A DNA stretch of 64,000 nt from assembly GCA_035353775.1 (NCBI GenBank), contig DAOQAF010000008.1:465-64464 (forward strand), read 5' to 3'. Below are positions 39,747 to 50,144 of this stretch, in pieces (within the stretch, counting starts at the first letter, position 1; the number at the start of each line of letters is the position of its first letter). Under the pieces are notes generated by a model that did not search any database, was not told the DNA's origin, and saw nothing but the letters and a program-made list of their open reading frames with translations. The position numbers were made by a program, and so were the translations under genes. The DNA comes from Bacteroidales bacterium. Lineage in GTDB: Bacteria > Bacteroidota > Bacteroidia > Bacteroidales > CAIWKO01.

Positions 39747-39818
39747 CATTCCTTATTGTAAACTTCTTTACTGATTCCGCAAGGTTTCGGTATTTTTTAT
39801 AAATTAATGTGAAACATC

Positions 39819-41972
39819 ATGAATGAATTAACTGAACAAAATCCCTCCGAAAATATCGGAAACCCTGAAACAAAAAATTCAGCCTCCGATGAAAACCCTG
39901 TTAATGTTACCAGTGCTGAAATAACTGATGAAGCAAAACCAGTGAATGCTCCTGAAACTGACAACAGCGAAATAACAGTTATTGAAAACAGCGAAGTAAG
40001 GCTTTCTGAAACCGACGAAACACCGGTTGCCAACAAAAAAGAAGAACCTATTGCTGAAACCGGCGAAATAACAGCCCTCGAAGAACAAGAATCAAAAGAT
40101 CCGGAAACGCCTCAGAACATAGCTGAACTAAAACAAAAAAAACCTGCCGGCAGAAAGCATTCTCCGAAAAAAAGTGATGAAGATTCGGAACTGCTAAGCG
40201 AAAAAGATTTCACGGCAGAAGAAGTTGAAGAAGAAAACGAAGCCGAAGGAATTGCAGCATACAGTACTTTACCGAAAGAAAAACTGGTCGAATTACTTGA
40301 AGAAATTGTAAGAGATCACGAGATCAGCAAGATCAAAACAAGAGTATCCGGTATCAAAGTAGCATACATCAGCCTCATTAAAAAGGAAAAGCAGGAACAC
40401 CTCGAAAAATACCTTGCCGACGGCGGCACTAAAGAAGAATACGTTCCCCTTGTAGACTCCCTTGAAGAACGCTACAAGGCTGCATTCGATATGTATAAGG
40501 AAAAGAAAGTGCTTTACGATGCTGAGCAGGAAAAAATCAAACTTTCAAACCTCGAGCTAAAAAAACAAATACTCGAAGAGATTAAACAACTCATCGGATC
40601 TGAAGAATCACTCAAAAAAACCTATGATGACTTTAAAAACCTTCAGGATAAATGGAAAAACATAGGCCAGGTTCCCAGAAATGAAATAGAAAGCCTTTGG
40701 AATAATTATCATTTTCTCGTTGAAAAGTTTTTTGAAAAAGTAAAGATCGGCAAGGAACTCAAAGACCTTGACCTGAAAAAGAATCTGGAACAAAAAATAC
40801 AACTCTGCGAAAAAGCCGAAGAACTGCTTCTTGAAAAGTCTATCACAAAATCATTCAAACTTCTTCAGAAGTACCATGATGAATGGAAAGAAATTGGCCC
40901 GGTAATGCTCGACAAAAAGGATGAGATATGGGAGCGGTTTAAAAATGTCTCAGACCAGATCAACAACCAGCGCAAAGATTACTATACAAAACTCAATACC
41001 GAGCAGGAAGCCAACCAGCTCGCCAAAACAGCCCTCTGCGAAAAAGCTGAAGCCATCAATACCGAAGAAATTACCAACAGCGCCGAATGGAAATCAAAAA
41101 CCGAAGAGATACTCGAAATGCAGGAATTATGGGAAAGTATCGGCCGCGCTCCGGTAAAGTCCAACGACGAATTATGGGAAAGGTTCCGCAACGCTGTGAA
41201 CATTTTTTTCAATAACAAAAAGGAATTTTTCAGCGAACTGAAAGAACAGCAGGTAACCAACTATAACCTGAAGCTTGATCTCTGCAATCAGGCCGAAGCC
41301 CTTGCCAACAACACCAACTGGAGACAATCCACCGCCGAAATTCTGAAACTTCAACAGGAATGGAAGCAGATCGGACCGGTACCCAAACGCTATTCCGATA
41401 AAATCTGGAGACGTTTTCGCTCAGCCTGCGATGAATTCTTTTCCAAAAAATCAAATTATTTCGCTAACATTCAGGATATAGAAAAAGAAAACCTGAAAAA
41501 GAAAGAAGAACTGATAGCAAAAATAAGTTCTTTTGAGTTTACCGAAAATAAAAATGAAAACCTCGAAGCCCTGAAAAATTTCCAGCGCGAATGGATGGAT
41601 ATAGGCCATGTCCCCATGGATATAAAAGAAAAACTCCAGAACTCATACCGGCAGGCTATCAATCATCTGATGGAAAAACTTAAGATTTCAGCGGTTGAAA
41701 TGAATACAATGAATTACAAAAACCGTATAGAAAACTTACAAAATTCACCGGAAGCAGGAAGAGCATTATCGCACGAGCGGATGCAACTGGAAGGCAGAAT
41801 CAATATGCTGAAAAACGACATAAAACTCTGGGAAAACAATATCGGTTTCCTGGCAAACTCCAAAAAAGCTAACCTGCTGAAAGAAGAATTCGAAAACAAG
41901 ATCAATAATACCAAGCAGGAACTGGCTTTACTGGAAGCCAAACTAAAAATGCTTTCGAAGCTCAAAAAATAA
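39819..41972 (+). CDS. DUF349 repeat protein with acidic N-terminal region
   Basis: 717 aa. Repeated ~75-aa units share W..IG.VP....D.LW.RF (WKNIGQVPRNEIESLWNNY, WKEIGPVMLDKKDEIWERF, WESIGRAPVKSNDELWERF, WKQIGPVPKRYSDKIWRRF). Confidence 0.7.
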   Translation: MNELTEQNPSENIGNPETKNSASDENPVNVTSAEITDEAKPVNAPETDNSEITVIENSEVRLSETDETPVANKKEEPIAETGEITALEEQESKDPETPQNIAELKQKKPAGRKHSPKKSDEDSELLSEKDFTAEEVEEENEAEGIAAYSTLPKEKLVELLEEIVRDHEISKIKTRVSGIKVAYISLIKKEKQEHLEKYLADGGTKEEYVPLVDSLEERYKAAFDMYKEKKVLYDAEQEKIKLSNLELKKQILEEIKQLIGSEESLKKTYDDFKNLQDKWKNIGQVPRNEIESLWNNYHFLVEKFFEKVKIGKELKDLDLKKNLEQKIQLCEKAEELLLEKSITKSFKLLQKYHDEWKEIGPVMLDKKDEIWERFKNVSDQINNQRKDYYTKLNTEQEANQLAKTALCEKAEAINTEEITNSAEWKSKTEEILEMQELWESIGRAPVKSNDELWERFRNAVNIFFNNKKEFFSELKEQQVTNYNLKLDLCNQAEALANNTNWRQSTAEILKLQQEWKQIGPVPKRYSDKIWRRFRSACDEFFSKKSNYFANIQDIEKENLKKKEELIAKISSFEFTENKNENLEALKNFQREWMDIGHVPMDIKEKLQNSYRQAINHLMEKLKISAVEMNTMNYKNRIENLQNSPEAGRALSHERMQLEGRINMLKNDIKLWENNIGFLANSKKANLLKEEFENKINNTKQELALLEAKLKMLSKLKK

Positions 41973-42053
41973 TCTTTTTGTTTTGTATTTCGTTCTTAAT
42001 CAATAAATTAATTTTTTGTTTTTATTAAGTTTAAATAACAACAAAAAAATTTA

Positions 42054-42061
42054 TACCTTTG
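42054..42061 (+). promoter_or_regulatory. -7 promoter motif (TACCTTTG) upstream of sufC
   Basis: TAnnTTTG match 16 nt upstream of the sufC ATG. Confidence 0.4.
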
Positions 42062-42076
42062 TAAAAAAAATAATTT

Positions 42077-42838
42077 ATGGACCCATTACTGGAAATAAAG
42101 AACTTAAAAGTATCTATCAATAATAAAAAGATCATCAAAGGCCTTGACCTAGTCGTTAATGCCGGCGAAGTCCATGCCATCATGGGACCCAACGGGACAG
42201 GCAAAAGCACACTGGCGTCGGTGATTGCCGGCAGGGATGTTTTTACGGTTACCGAAGGTGAAATCTTATTCAAAGGAAAAGACCTCCTGGGGATTCCCGT
42301 AGAAACCCGTTCGCGCGAAGGCATCTTTTTGGGCTTTCAGTACCCGGTTGAAATTCCGGGCGTAAGCATGACGAATTTCATGAAGACCGCTGTTGATGAA
42401 CACCGTAAATACAAGGGCTTGCCATCGCTTTCTGCCCCTGAGTTCCTCAAGCTCATGGAGGAAAAAAAGAAGATGGTCGAAATACAGTCCAACCTGACGA
42501 ATCGTTCTGTAAACGAAGGTTTTTCAGGTGGCGAAAAAAAACGAAACGAGATTTTCCAGATGGCCATGCTGGAACCCACGCTGGCTATTCTCGATGAAAC
42601 CGATTCGGGACTGGATATCGATGCCTTGAAAGTCGTCGCCAACGGGGTGAACAAGCTACGTCGGAAAGACAATGCCTTTGTCGTCATCACTCACTACCAG
42701 CGTCTGCTGGACTATATCGTTCCGGATTTCGTACATGTGTTGTTCGAAGGGCGCATCGTAAAATCGGGCACAAAAGAACTGGCGCTGGAACTCGAATCAA
42801 AAGGTTACGAATGGATCAAACAGGAACTCGAAAAATAA
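42077..42838 (+). CDS. sufC: Fe-S cluster assembly ATPase SufC
   Basis: 253 aa with Walker A GPNGTGKST, ABC signature FSGGEKKR and Walker B ILDETDSGLD. Confidence 0.95.
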   Translation: MDPLLEIKNLKVSINNKKIIKGLDLVVNAGEVHAIMGPNGTGKSTLASVIAGRDVFTVTEGEILFKGKDLLGIPVETRSREGIFLGFQYPVEIPGVSMTNFMKTAVDEHRKYKGLPSLSAPEFLKLMEEKKKMVEIQSNLTNRSVNEGFSGGEKKRNEIFQMAMLEPTLAILDETDSGLDIDALKVVANGVNKLRRKDNAFVVITHYQRLLDYIVPDFVHVLFEGRIVKSGTKELALELESKGYEWIKQELEK

Positions 42839-42844
42839 AAACAG

Positions 42845-44251
42845 ATGAAATCAGCCAACCTCGTTCCTGGTAAAGAGCAGCTTATAAGCCTGTTTGAACA
42901 ATTCCGTGAAGACATATGCTCAAACGACATCCCCTGTATTTCGGAGTTAAGAACTAAAGCATTGAAGTCTTTTTCTGCCACTGGATTTCCTACCCGGGAA
43001 ATTGAAGAATGGAAAAATACCAGCCTTATCAATTCCCTGGTACCGGCCTATAATTTTTATTTCAGTCCTTTTGAAAAAAAACCGGATATCGATACGATTT
43101 TCCGTTGTGAAATCCATAATTTTGAAACCGACCTGTTTACCCAGCTTAATGGCTGGTATCTATATAAACAAAGCCCTGTAACCAGGTTTGAAAACGGCGT
43201 CATCGCAGGCAGCCTCTCGGCAGCATTCAAGGCATATCCGGAACTTATTAAAAAGTATTACGGAAAAATAGCAGAAACCGAAAAGAACGGGTTAACAGCA
43301 TTGAATACAGCTTTTGCACAGGATGGCATTTTTATTTACGTTCCAGATAATGTGGTCATCGAAAAGCCTATACAAATGGTGAATATTGTGGATATTGATG
43401 AAAGTATTTTTCTTCAGCCGCGTAACCTGATTATTCTCGGTAAAAACTCAAAACTGACATTCGTGTACTGCGACGATTCAATAAAACATGAGACAAGTTT
43501 TATTAATTCCTGTACCGAAAATTTCATTGGTGAAAATGCCTCACTGGATTTTTATAAAATGCAAAACAAGGACAGCCGTTCCACAGTAATTACTAACAAT
43601 TATTTCAAACTTGAAAAAAACAGTAACCTTATCAGCAACACCCTGACGTTTAACGGCGGCCTGATCCGTAATGAATCATACGTATCGCTAAGCGGATCCG
43701 GCTCCGATGCTAAAGTGTACGGGCTTTACCTGGTCGACAGGGAACAGCATGTAGATAACCAAATCTATGTGGATCATATGGTTCCTGAAACAACCAGTTA
43801 CGAGCAGTTCAAGGGGATCATCGACGACAATGCCAGCGCTGTATTTAACGGGCATATTCATGTTTGCCGCGATGCACAGCATACCGAAGCATATCAGAGT
43901 AATAAGAACATCCTGCTTACTGATACTGCCCGTGTTACAACAAAACCATTCCTGGAAATTTATGCGGACGATGTAAAATGCAGCCATGGTGCAACTGTAG
44001 GGCAACTGGACCCGGAAGCCCTGTTCTATTTAAAATCAAGAGGCATCTGCGACCGCAATGCGAAAATGCTGCTGATGTATGCTTTTGCCGGCGAGATCGC
44101 CACTAAGATAAACATCGGGGTTCTGCGCGAACGTATCGATGCAATGATCGTCAAACGCCTCAAAGGCGAACTCTCTATTTGCGACCAGTGTGTGTTGCAT
44201 TGCAAAGAGAACGAGGCTATCAATTTCGAAATTGATTTGAGTAAGATTTGA
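42845..44251 (+). CDS. sufD: Fe-S cluster assembly protein SufD
   Basis: 468 aa, immediately after sufC. The C-terminal SufB/D beta-helix block reads KPFLEIYADDVKCSHGATVGQLD. Confidence 0.85.
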   Translation: MKSANLVPGKEQLISLFEQFREDICSNDIPCISELRTKALKSFSATGFPTREIEEWKNTSLINSLVPAYNFYFSPFEKKPDIDTIFRCEIHNFETDLFTQLNGWYLYKQSPVTRFENGVIAGSLSAAFKAYPELIKKYYGKIAETEKNGLTALNTAFAQDGIFIYVPDNVVIEKPIQMVNIVDIDESIFLQPRNLIILGKNSKLTFVYCDDSIKHETSFINSCTENFIGENASLDFYKMQNKDSRSTVITNNYFKLEKNSNLISNTLTFNGGLIRNESYVSLSGSGSDAKVYGLYLVDREQHVDNQIYVDHMVPETTSYEQFKGIIDDNASAVFNGHIHVCRDAQHTEAYQSNKNILLTDTARVTTKPFLEIYADDVKCSHGATVGQLDPEALFYLKSRGICDRNAKMLLMYAFAGEIATKINIGVLRERIDAMIVKRLKGELSICDQCVLHCKENEAINFEIDLSKI

Positions 44252-44254
44252 GTT

Positions 44255-45478
44255 ATGGATGCACCGGCCTTCATGAATATCAGGCAACAGTTTCCGATAC
44301 TTGATCAGCAAGTATACGGAAAGCCACTGATTTATTTTGATAATGCGGCAACAACACAAAAGCCGCAGCGCGTCATTGATTCGCTGAACAATTATTATAC
44401 AAAACTGAACAGCAACATCCACCGGGGCGTACATTTTCTGAGCCAGCAGGCTACCGCAGCTTTTGAAGAAAGCCGTGAAACCGTCAGACGGTTCATCAAT
44501 GCCAGGCATGCCCACGAAATTATCTTTACCCGCGGAACTACCGAATCAATAAATCTGGTAGCGTCTTCCTTTTCGAAAAAATTTCTGCAGGCAGGTGATT
44601 CCATTTTGATCTCCACCATGGAACATCATTCCAATATTGTTCCGTGGCAGATGGCCTGCGAAGAAAAACAGACGAGACTGAAAGTGATTCCGATCAATAA
44701 AAATGGTGAAATTATTTTCAGTGAGTTTGAAAAACTTCTGGATAAAAGCTGCAAACTACTTGCTGTTACTCATGTTTCGAACACATTGGGTACCATTAAT
44801 GATATAAAACAACTAATCGATAGTGCACACAAACATAATATCCCGGTTCTGATTGACGGGGCACAGGCGATTTCCCATCTCAACGTTGATGTGCAGGCGC
44901 TGGATTGCGATTTCTATTGTTTCTCGGGACATAAAATGTATGCGCCCATGGGTGTTGGCGTACTTTACGGGAAGGAAAATATCCTTAACGAACTCCCACC
45001 CTATCAGGGCGGCGGTGAAATGATAAAAACCGTCACCTTCGAAAAAACGACCTACAACGAACTTCCGTTTAAATTTGAAGCAGGGACACCCAATGTGGGT
45101 GATGTGATCGGGTTGAAAGAAGCTATCAGCTTCATTGAAGACATCGGTTATGAAACTATCGGAAAATATGAGCAGGACCTGCTTGAATATGCTACTGACC
45201 AACTGATGCAGCTCGGAGGTGTACGAATTATCGGTACTGCACAAAAGAAAACTTCAGTTATTTCATTTCTCTTAGACAATATACATCCTTATGATGCAGG
45301 AATAATCCTCGATAAGCTTGGTATCGCCGTCCGAACCGGCCATCATTGCACACAGCCGCTGATGGACTTTTATGAAATACCCGGAACGATAAGGGCATCA
45401 TTTGCCATTTATAATACTAAGGAAGAAATTGATGGGATGATAGAAGCAATGAAAAGAATAAAAATCATGTTTGCATAA
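44255..45478 (+). CDS. sufS: Cysteine desulfurase SufS
   Basis: 407 aa with the PLP-Lys block FSGHKMYAPMGVG and the catalytic Cys loop RTGHHCTQPLM. Confidence 0.93.
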   Translation: MDAPAFMNIRQQFPILDQQVYGKPLIYFDNAATTQKPQRVIDSLNNYYTKLNSNIHRGVHFLSQQATAAFEESRETVRRFINARHAHEIIFTRGTTESINLVASSFSKKFLQAGDSILISTMEHHSNIVPWQMACEEKQTRLKVIPINKNGEIIFSEFEKLLDKSCKLLAVTHVSNTLGTINDIKQLIDSAHKHNIPVLIDGAQAISHLNVDVQALDCDFYCFSGHKMYAPMGVGVLYGKENILNELPPYQGGGEMIKTVTFEKTTYNELPFKFEAGTPNVGDVIGLKEAISFIEDIGYETIGKYEQDLLEYATDQLMQLGGVRIIGTAQKKTSVISFLLDNIHPYDAGIILDKLGIAVRTGHHCTQPLMDFYEIPGTIRASFAIYNTKEEIDGMIEAMKRIKIMFA

Positions 45479-45543
45479 AAATGTGATGAAAAATGTTCAA
45501 TTTTCAATATACAATGTTTAATTTTCAATGAAATATTTTTAAT

Positions 45544-45906
45544 ATGAGTGAAAAATATGACCTCGAAGATCGTTTTGTTGAATATACTTGCAAAATGATT
45601 GATATTGTTGAATCATTGCCTAATTCAAGAGCAGGAAACTATATAGCAGGCCAATTAATAAGATCATGTCATTCTCCTACTCTAAATTATGGAGAAGCAC
45701 AGGCAGCAGAATCACGGGCTGACTTCATCCACAAGCTTGGTATTGTTCTGAAAGAATTAAAGGAATGCAGGGTTATTCTTAAAATTATACTAAAGAAGGA
45801 AATGATAAAACCTGTTGGTAATCTCATGGTAGTTTATGCAGAATCCGAGGAGCTAATTGCCATAATTGGAAAAAGTATTAATACTGCTCAAAAGAATAAA
45901 AGCTAA
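45544..45906 (+). CDS. Four-helix-bundle protein (so-called 23S rRNA intervening-sequence protein family)
   Basis: 120 aa. The pattern RF..Y......I..LP......I..QLIRS..S...NY.EAQ.AES..DF..KL.I.LKE..E fits that family. Confidence 0.8.
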   Translation: MSEKYDLEDRFVEYTCKMIDIVESLPNSRAGNYIAGQLIRSCHSPTLNYGEAQAAESRADFIHKLGIVLKELKECRVILKIILKKEMIKPVGNLMVVYAESEELIAIIGKSINTAQKNKS

Positions 45907-46005
45907 TAATGTTTGGTTTAATATACTTGATAATTGAATATTGAGAATTGATAATTGATAATTGAATCTACACCTTAATATTATTTAAGAGATATAGGCT
46001 AAGTC

Positions 46006-46440
46006 ATGAAGACATACAAAGAAACAGAATCAGAGATTATTGGTGATTTCTTGCTTTTTACTGATTGGATGGATAAATACAATTACATCATCGAATTAGG
46101 AAAATCGCTGCCCCTTATCGACGAAAAATACAAGACAGACAATTATCTTATTTCGGGCTGCCAGTCGCAGGTGTGGATGTATGCCGACTATAAGGATGGT
46201 GGGGTATTTTTCACTGCCGACAGCGATGCCATCATCACCAAGGGGATCGTAAATATTCTGATACGCGCATTATCTGGACGAAGCTGCGACGAAATCATCA
46301 ACGCCGATATGGATTTTATCAATAAGATCGGATTGCGCGAACACCTTTCTCCTACCCGCTCCAATGGCCTGAACTCTATGATCAAACAAATGAAAATGTA
46401 CGCGCTGGTATACAAAACAAAATATGAAACAAACAAATAA
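46006..46440 (+). CDS. sufE: SufE-like sulfur acceptor protein
   Basis: 144 aa. The conserved Cys loop is ISGCQSQVWM, and the TRSNGL block is present. Confidence 0.85.
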   Translation: MKTYKETESEIIGDFLLFTDWMDKYNYIIELGKSLPLIDEKYKTDNYLISGCQSQVWMYADYKDGGVFFTADSDAIITKGIVNILIRALSGRSCDEIINADMDFINKIGLREHLSPTRSNGLNSMIKQMKMYALVYKTKYETNK

Positions 46441-46444
46441 TACC

Positions 46445-46756
46445 ATGGACAAAGCAGCACTGGAAACTATTATTATCGAAAAACTCAAAACCGTTTTCGA
46501 TCCTGAAATCCCCGTTAATGTTTATGACCTTGGCTTTATCTACGAAATTAATATCTCGGATGAGCTCTTCGTTAATATAAAAATGACTCTTACTTCGCCC
46601 AGTTGCCCCGTAGCCGAGACATTACCCATCGATGTACGCGACCATATTCAGTCGATTCATGGTATTTCAGGGGTGTATGTTGATGTTGTTTTTGAACCCG
46701 AGTGGAACCAGGATATGATGACGGACGCAGCAAAACTGGAACTGGGATTATTATAA
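46445..46756 (+). CDS. DUF59 / SufT-like Fe-S assembly protein
   Basis: The motif MTLTSPSCPVAE is typical of DUF59. The start is trimmed to MDKAAL to avoid a 17-nt overlap with sufE; 46424 is the alternative start. Confidence 0.8.
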   Translation: MDKAALETIIIEKLKTVFDPEIPVNVYDLGFIYEINISDELFVNIKMTLTSPSCPVAETLPIDVRDHIQSIHGISGVYVDVVFEPEWNQDMMTDAAKLELGLL

Positions 46757-46830
46757 TCCTCAATTAAGCAACAAAAGTGTGCGATCCTTTCTGAGTGGCT
46801 CAGCCAGGCAGGATAATGGTTTAGTTGGGT

Positions 46831-47676
46831 TTAATCCAATTCAATTACTAAAAACTTAGAAATACTCCAGAAAGTTTTCGGATTGTTTATCACCAGTTTG
46901 TCGATGGTCTTACCGTTCTTCAGCATGGTATAGCTGCCTTCGGGATGTGTAGACAACAACTTGGCTTTCTTAACATTCATGGGGATCTCCGTAGTTTTTC
47001 GGATATCGATTTTTGTGAAATTTTCGGGGTTGATTTTCTGAGAGATTTTATCTCCGGTAATAACACCTTTGGCTTTCAGTTCTTTTCGCACGCCCACGAC
47101 ATAATAGGCCGTGTTAAGCTCTACGTCCTGCTGATCGATGAGTTGAGCTTTTTCTTCGTTTTGTCCGGTAAGATCTTCAATTTTAGTGTTGAGTTCTGCC
47201 ACGGTAAAATTCAGTTTTTCTAATTGTACTTTCAGGTCGGCAATTTCTGCATCTTTCTGTGTCATCTGCTGGTTGAGCAGGTCTATGGTCTTCTGTAAGG
47301 CATCAACTTTCATGTTGGAATTTCGAAGCGCCCCTTCCAGTTTTTTGATGAGTTCCTTGTTTTTCTCCAAAAGAGTATTGATGTTCGTAATATGTTCCAT
47401 GATGCTTTCTTTCACATCCTGTTCCACTTCATTGTTACCCTTTTTCGATTCGGAGATTTTCATCTGGCTGGCTTCAATGGTATTCAGGTTATCCTCCACA
47501 TCATTAATAAAACTGAACATCTCATTGACATTGGCATCTTTTTCGGCCAGTTGCGACTGCAGTTCTTTTATCTGCTGGTCTTTGGGGTCAAGATCGCCTT
47601 CTCCGTTTTCGCTTGCATTATTGCAGCTCCAGAGTAAGGGCAGGAAACAAATTAATATGACTAAGTAATTTTTCAT
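46831..47676 (-). CDS. Coiled-coil lipoprotein (possibly Cbp1-like adhesin family; uncertain)
   Basis: 281 aa with lipobox LLWSC, a long heptad-rich central region, and a conserved-looking C-terminal globular part. Confidence 0.55.
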   Translation of the reverse strand: MKNYLVILICFLPLLWSCNNASENGEGDLDPKDQQIKELQSQLAEKDANVNEMFSFINDVEDNLNTIEASQMKISESKKGNNEVEQDVKESIMEHITNINTLLEKNKELIKKLEGALRNSNMKVDALQKTIDLLNQQMTQKDAEIADLKVQLEKLNFTVAELNTKIEDLTGQNEEKAQLIDQQDVELNTAYYVVGVRKELKAKGVITGDKISQKINPENFTKIDIRKTTEIPMNVKKAKLLSTHPEGSYTMLKNGKTIDKLVINNPKTFWSISKFLVIELD

Positions 47677-47715
47677 AGCTGATTTTTTTTAGTTTTTTAA
47701 TTTTATCATGCAAAG

Positions 47716-48897
47716 TTAGTTCTTTATAAATTTCAATGTTTGGATTCCTTTTAAATTATGAACTTTTATCAAATAAATACCATGGGCAAAATCATCAATT
47801 TCTATCGCTGATAATGGGCTTTTTTGTTCTAAAACGTATTTACGTTGTCCCGTCAGGGAATAAATTTCTACTGTAGTATCTGTGTAATCAAAAATCTTTA
47901 TATACAGCTTGTCGGCAACAGGATTGGGGAATATTTCAAAAATTCCTTTACTCGGTAATTCGCTGATATCCGTAAATTCTGCTAACGGGCGTTTCCAAAC
48001 TTCTCCATTTGATAATCCGGCATATAGATAATTGCCGCAAATGGCCAGGGCCGTTACATTTAAATCGGTAAGGCCATCATTTACCGGCATCCAGCTCAGG
48101 CCCTGATCAACACTAATAAATATGCCGCCGCTTTCAGTTCCGGCAAACATTTTCTGCCCGTTGTCAACAAGGGATATCACATTTAAGTCTCCAAGGCCGT
48201 CATTAGCAGCAGACCATGAATTGCCATGATTATTGGAAATATAAATGCCACCTCCATAAGTTCCTGCAATAAGTAAAGCTCCGGACGAAATAAGTGCACG
48301 CACGGGATTTGTGGAAATTCCGGTGTTCATCTTGGTCCAAACAGAAAATGGGCTGACCGACCGATAAACTGTTTGAGCATTAGTTCCCGCATAAATATAT
48401 CCGTTAGTATCGGCACAAAGAGACAAGACAGATGCACAGCACAAACCTTTTTCGGCCCAGCTGTTTCCTGAATTTGTTGATAGAAAGACACCATCACCGG
48501 CTTCGCCTGCAAAGATATTATTACCAAAAACTGTAATGGAGGAAATGCTGTTACCGGTGCCGCCTGCATTATGAGCAGCCCAGGTATTTCCGCTATCAGC
48601 CGATGTAAATAATAATAGACTTTTCGAACCAGCATATAAGGTCCCGGCCGTATCAAAAGCAATAGAATTAATTCTCTGGTTTGTTAACCCTGAATTTTTC
48701 GCCACCCAGGTATTTCCCCCGTCCGATGTTGAAAAAATTCCCGCACCGTCAGTCCCGGCATAAAGAGAATCTCTGTATACCACCAGCGTTTTAATTGCGA
48801 AGGTATCAATTAAGCCAGTTGATTGCCACTGGGCAAATAAGCTAATCTGAGCTCCGAAAATTACAGCTATGACAATTAATATTCTTTTCATGATCAA
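47716..48897 (-). CDS. T9SS-sorted BNR/Asp-box beta-propeller protein
   Basis: 393 aa with a signal peptide. Five or more SxDxGxTW-like boxes are present (STSDGGNTW, TSADSGNTW, STNSGNSW, SNNHGNSW, SVDQGLSW). The C-terminal sorting domain reads FPNPVADKLYI...GIYLIKV. Confidence 0.8.
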   Translation of the reverse strand: MIMKRILIVIAVIFGAQISLFAQWQSTGLIDTFAIKTLVVYRDSLYAGTDGAGIFSTSDGGNTWVAKNSGLTNQRINSIAFDTAGTLYAGSKSLLLFTSADSGNTWAAHNAGGTGNSISSITVFGNNIFAGEAGDGVFLSTNSGNSWAEKGLCCASVLSLCADTNGYIYAGTNAQTVYRSVSPFSVWTKMNTGISTNPVRALISSGALLIAGTYGGGIYISNNHGNSWSAANDGLGDLNVISLVDNGQKMFAGTESGGIFISVDQGLSWMPVNDGLTDLNVTALAICGNYLYAGLSNGEVWKRPLAEFTDISELPSKGIFEIFPNPVADKLYIKIFDYTDTTVEIYSLTGQRKYVLEQKSPLSAIEIDDFAHGIYLIKVHNLKGIQTLKFIKN

Positions 48898-48946
48898 TAT
48901 TTTAAAAAAATAATTTTTCTATTTACAATGGTAAACATACCAATTA

Positions 48947-50101
48947 TCAGGGAAACTCAGGCGGAGGTCCATAATCCGGGTTGGTCAACAATGTCTGGTC
49001 GGTAAGAGTTAAGAGAAACGCTTTCAAATCTGCTTTTTCCTGGTTCGTTAGTTGTGCGCCACCATCATTTACTTTATGCATCAGTGAACTAATGCTTGGT
49101 GACCATAGCACACCTTCGCTGTAAAAATCAATAACTTCATCAAGTGTCGCAAACCTTCCGTCGTGCATATAAGGGCCTGTATGTTCGCAATTCCTTAAGG
49201 TAGGGGCTTTGTAGGCTCCTATATCCATCGGATCGCCTGTAACGCCATAATGGTCCATCGGATCAGAGAACACGGTGTCTTTGCCATTATTATAAAACAA
49301 ATAGGTAGAAAATAGTGGGTTTCCGTCACCTCCATGACAGTGAAAACAATCAGCACCATTTTCGGTAGTAAAAAGTACAAAGCCGCTTAATTCTGATGGT
49401 GTGAGCGAGCCTTGTCCCAGCAGATACTTATCGAATTTTGAATCACACGACACGATACTCCTGATAAACTGCCCAATGGCTTTTGCCATCAGCTCAAAAG
49501 TAATGTTTTCCGTTCCGAAAGCTCTTTTAAAAAGGGGCTTGTATCCGGGAATACCCTGTATGGCAGCTTTGGCCCGGTTCGAATCACTGTACATTTCATG
49601 CTTGGCGTACACGCCCATCCATACAAGGTCTTCAAGCCTTCGCTTTGAAGTAACAGGATTATCCGGACGAATCACTCCGCTCCATAAATATCCGTTATTA
49701 TGCCATACAAGATTGAATAAGGGCAGCATGTAGTGAGGGGTATAGTTTCCTCCGATACCAAGGGGATGTCCGTCGGCAAAAGGGCCATCGGTGCCGCATT
49801 CAAAGGCTTTTGCCTGAAAATGACAACTGGAACAACTCATCTGCGAATCCGGAACTTGATGACCTGACATTCTATGATCATAAAAAAGGCATCTTCCAAG
49901 GTATATCCCTTCAACAGTCAGGGGATTGTCATCAGGGATGTTCATCAGGGTAGGAAAATACCAGGGCACAACAATAGAATAAGGCGTAGGATTGTATGTA
50001 GTGGTATCGCTGATGTATATTTCCTGTATAGGAATTTCCTTTCTGCAGGAAGAAATAAAAAATAAAAATAAAGATAATACTATGTACAAACGGAACTTCA
50101 T
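48947..50101 (-). CDS. Di-haem cytochrome c peroxidase (CCP/MauG family)
   Basis: Two CxxCH motifs (CSSCH, CFHCH). The start is trimmed to MKFRLYIVLSLFLFFISSC (lipoprotein signal), because the longer ORF to 50146 would overlap the tonB terminator. Confidence 0.85.
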   Translation of the reverse strand: MKFRLYIVLSLFLFFISSCRKEIPIQEIYISDTTTYNPTPYSIVVPWYFPTLMNIPDDNPLTVEGIYLGRCLFYDHRMSGHQVPDSQMSCSSCHFQAKAFECGTDGPFADGHPLGIGGNYTPHYMLPLFNLVWHNNGYLWSGVIRPDNPVTSKRRLEDLVWMGVYAKHEMYSDSNRAKAAIQGIPGYKPLFKRAFGTENITFELMAKAIGQFIRSIVSCDSKFDKYLLGQGSLTPSELSGFVLFTTENGADCFHCHGGDGNPLFSTYLFYNNGKDTVFSDPMDHYGVTGDPMDIGAYKAPTLRNCEHTGPYMHDGRFATLDEVIDFYSEGVLWSPSISSLMHKVNDGGAQLTNQEKADLKAFLLTLTDQTLLTNPDYGPPPEFP

Positions 50102-50144
50102 TGTCTGTTTTTTTTCCAAAATTACAAAACAAATTGCAAGGTAC

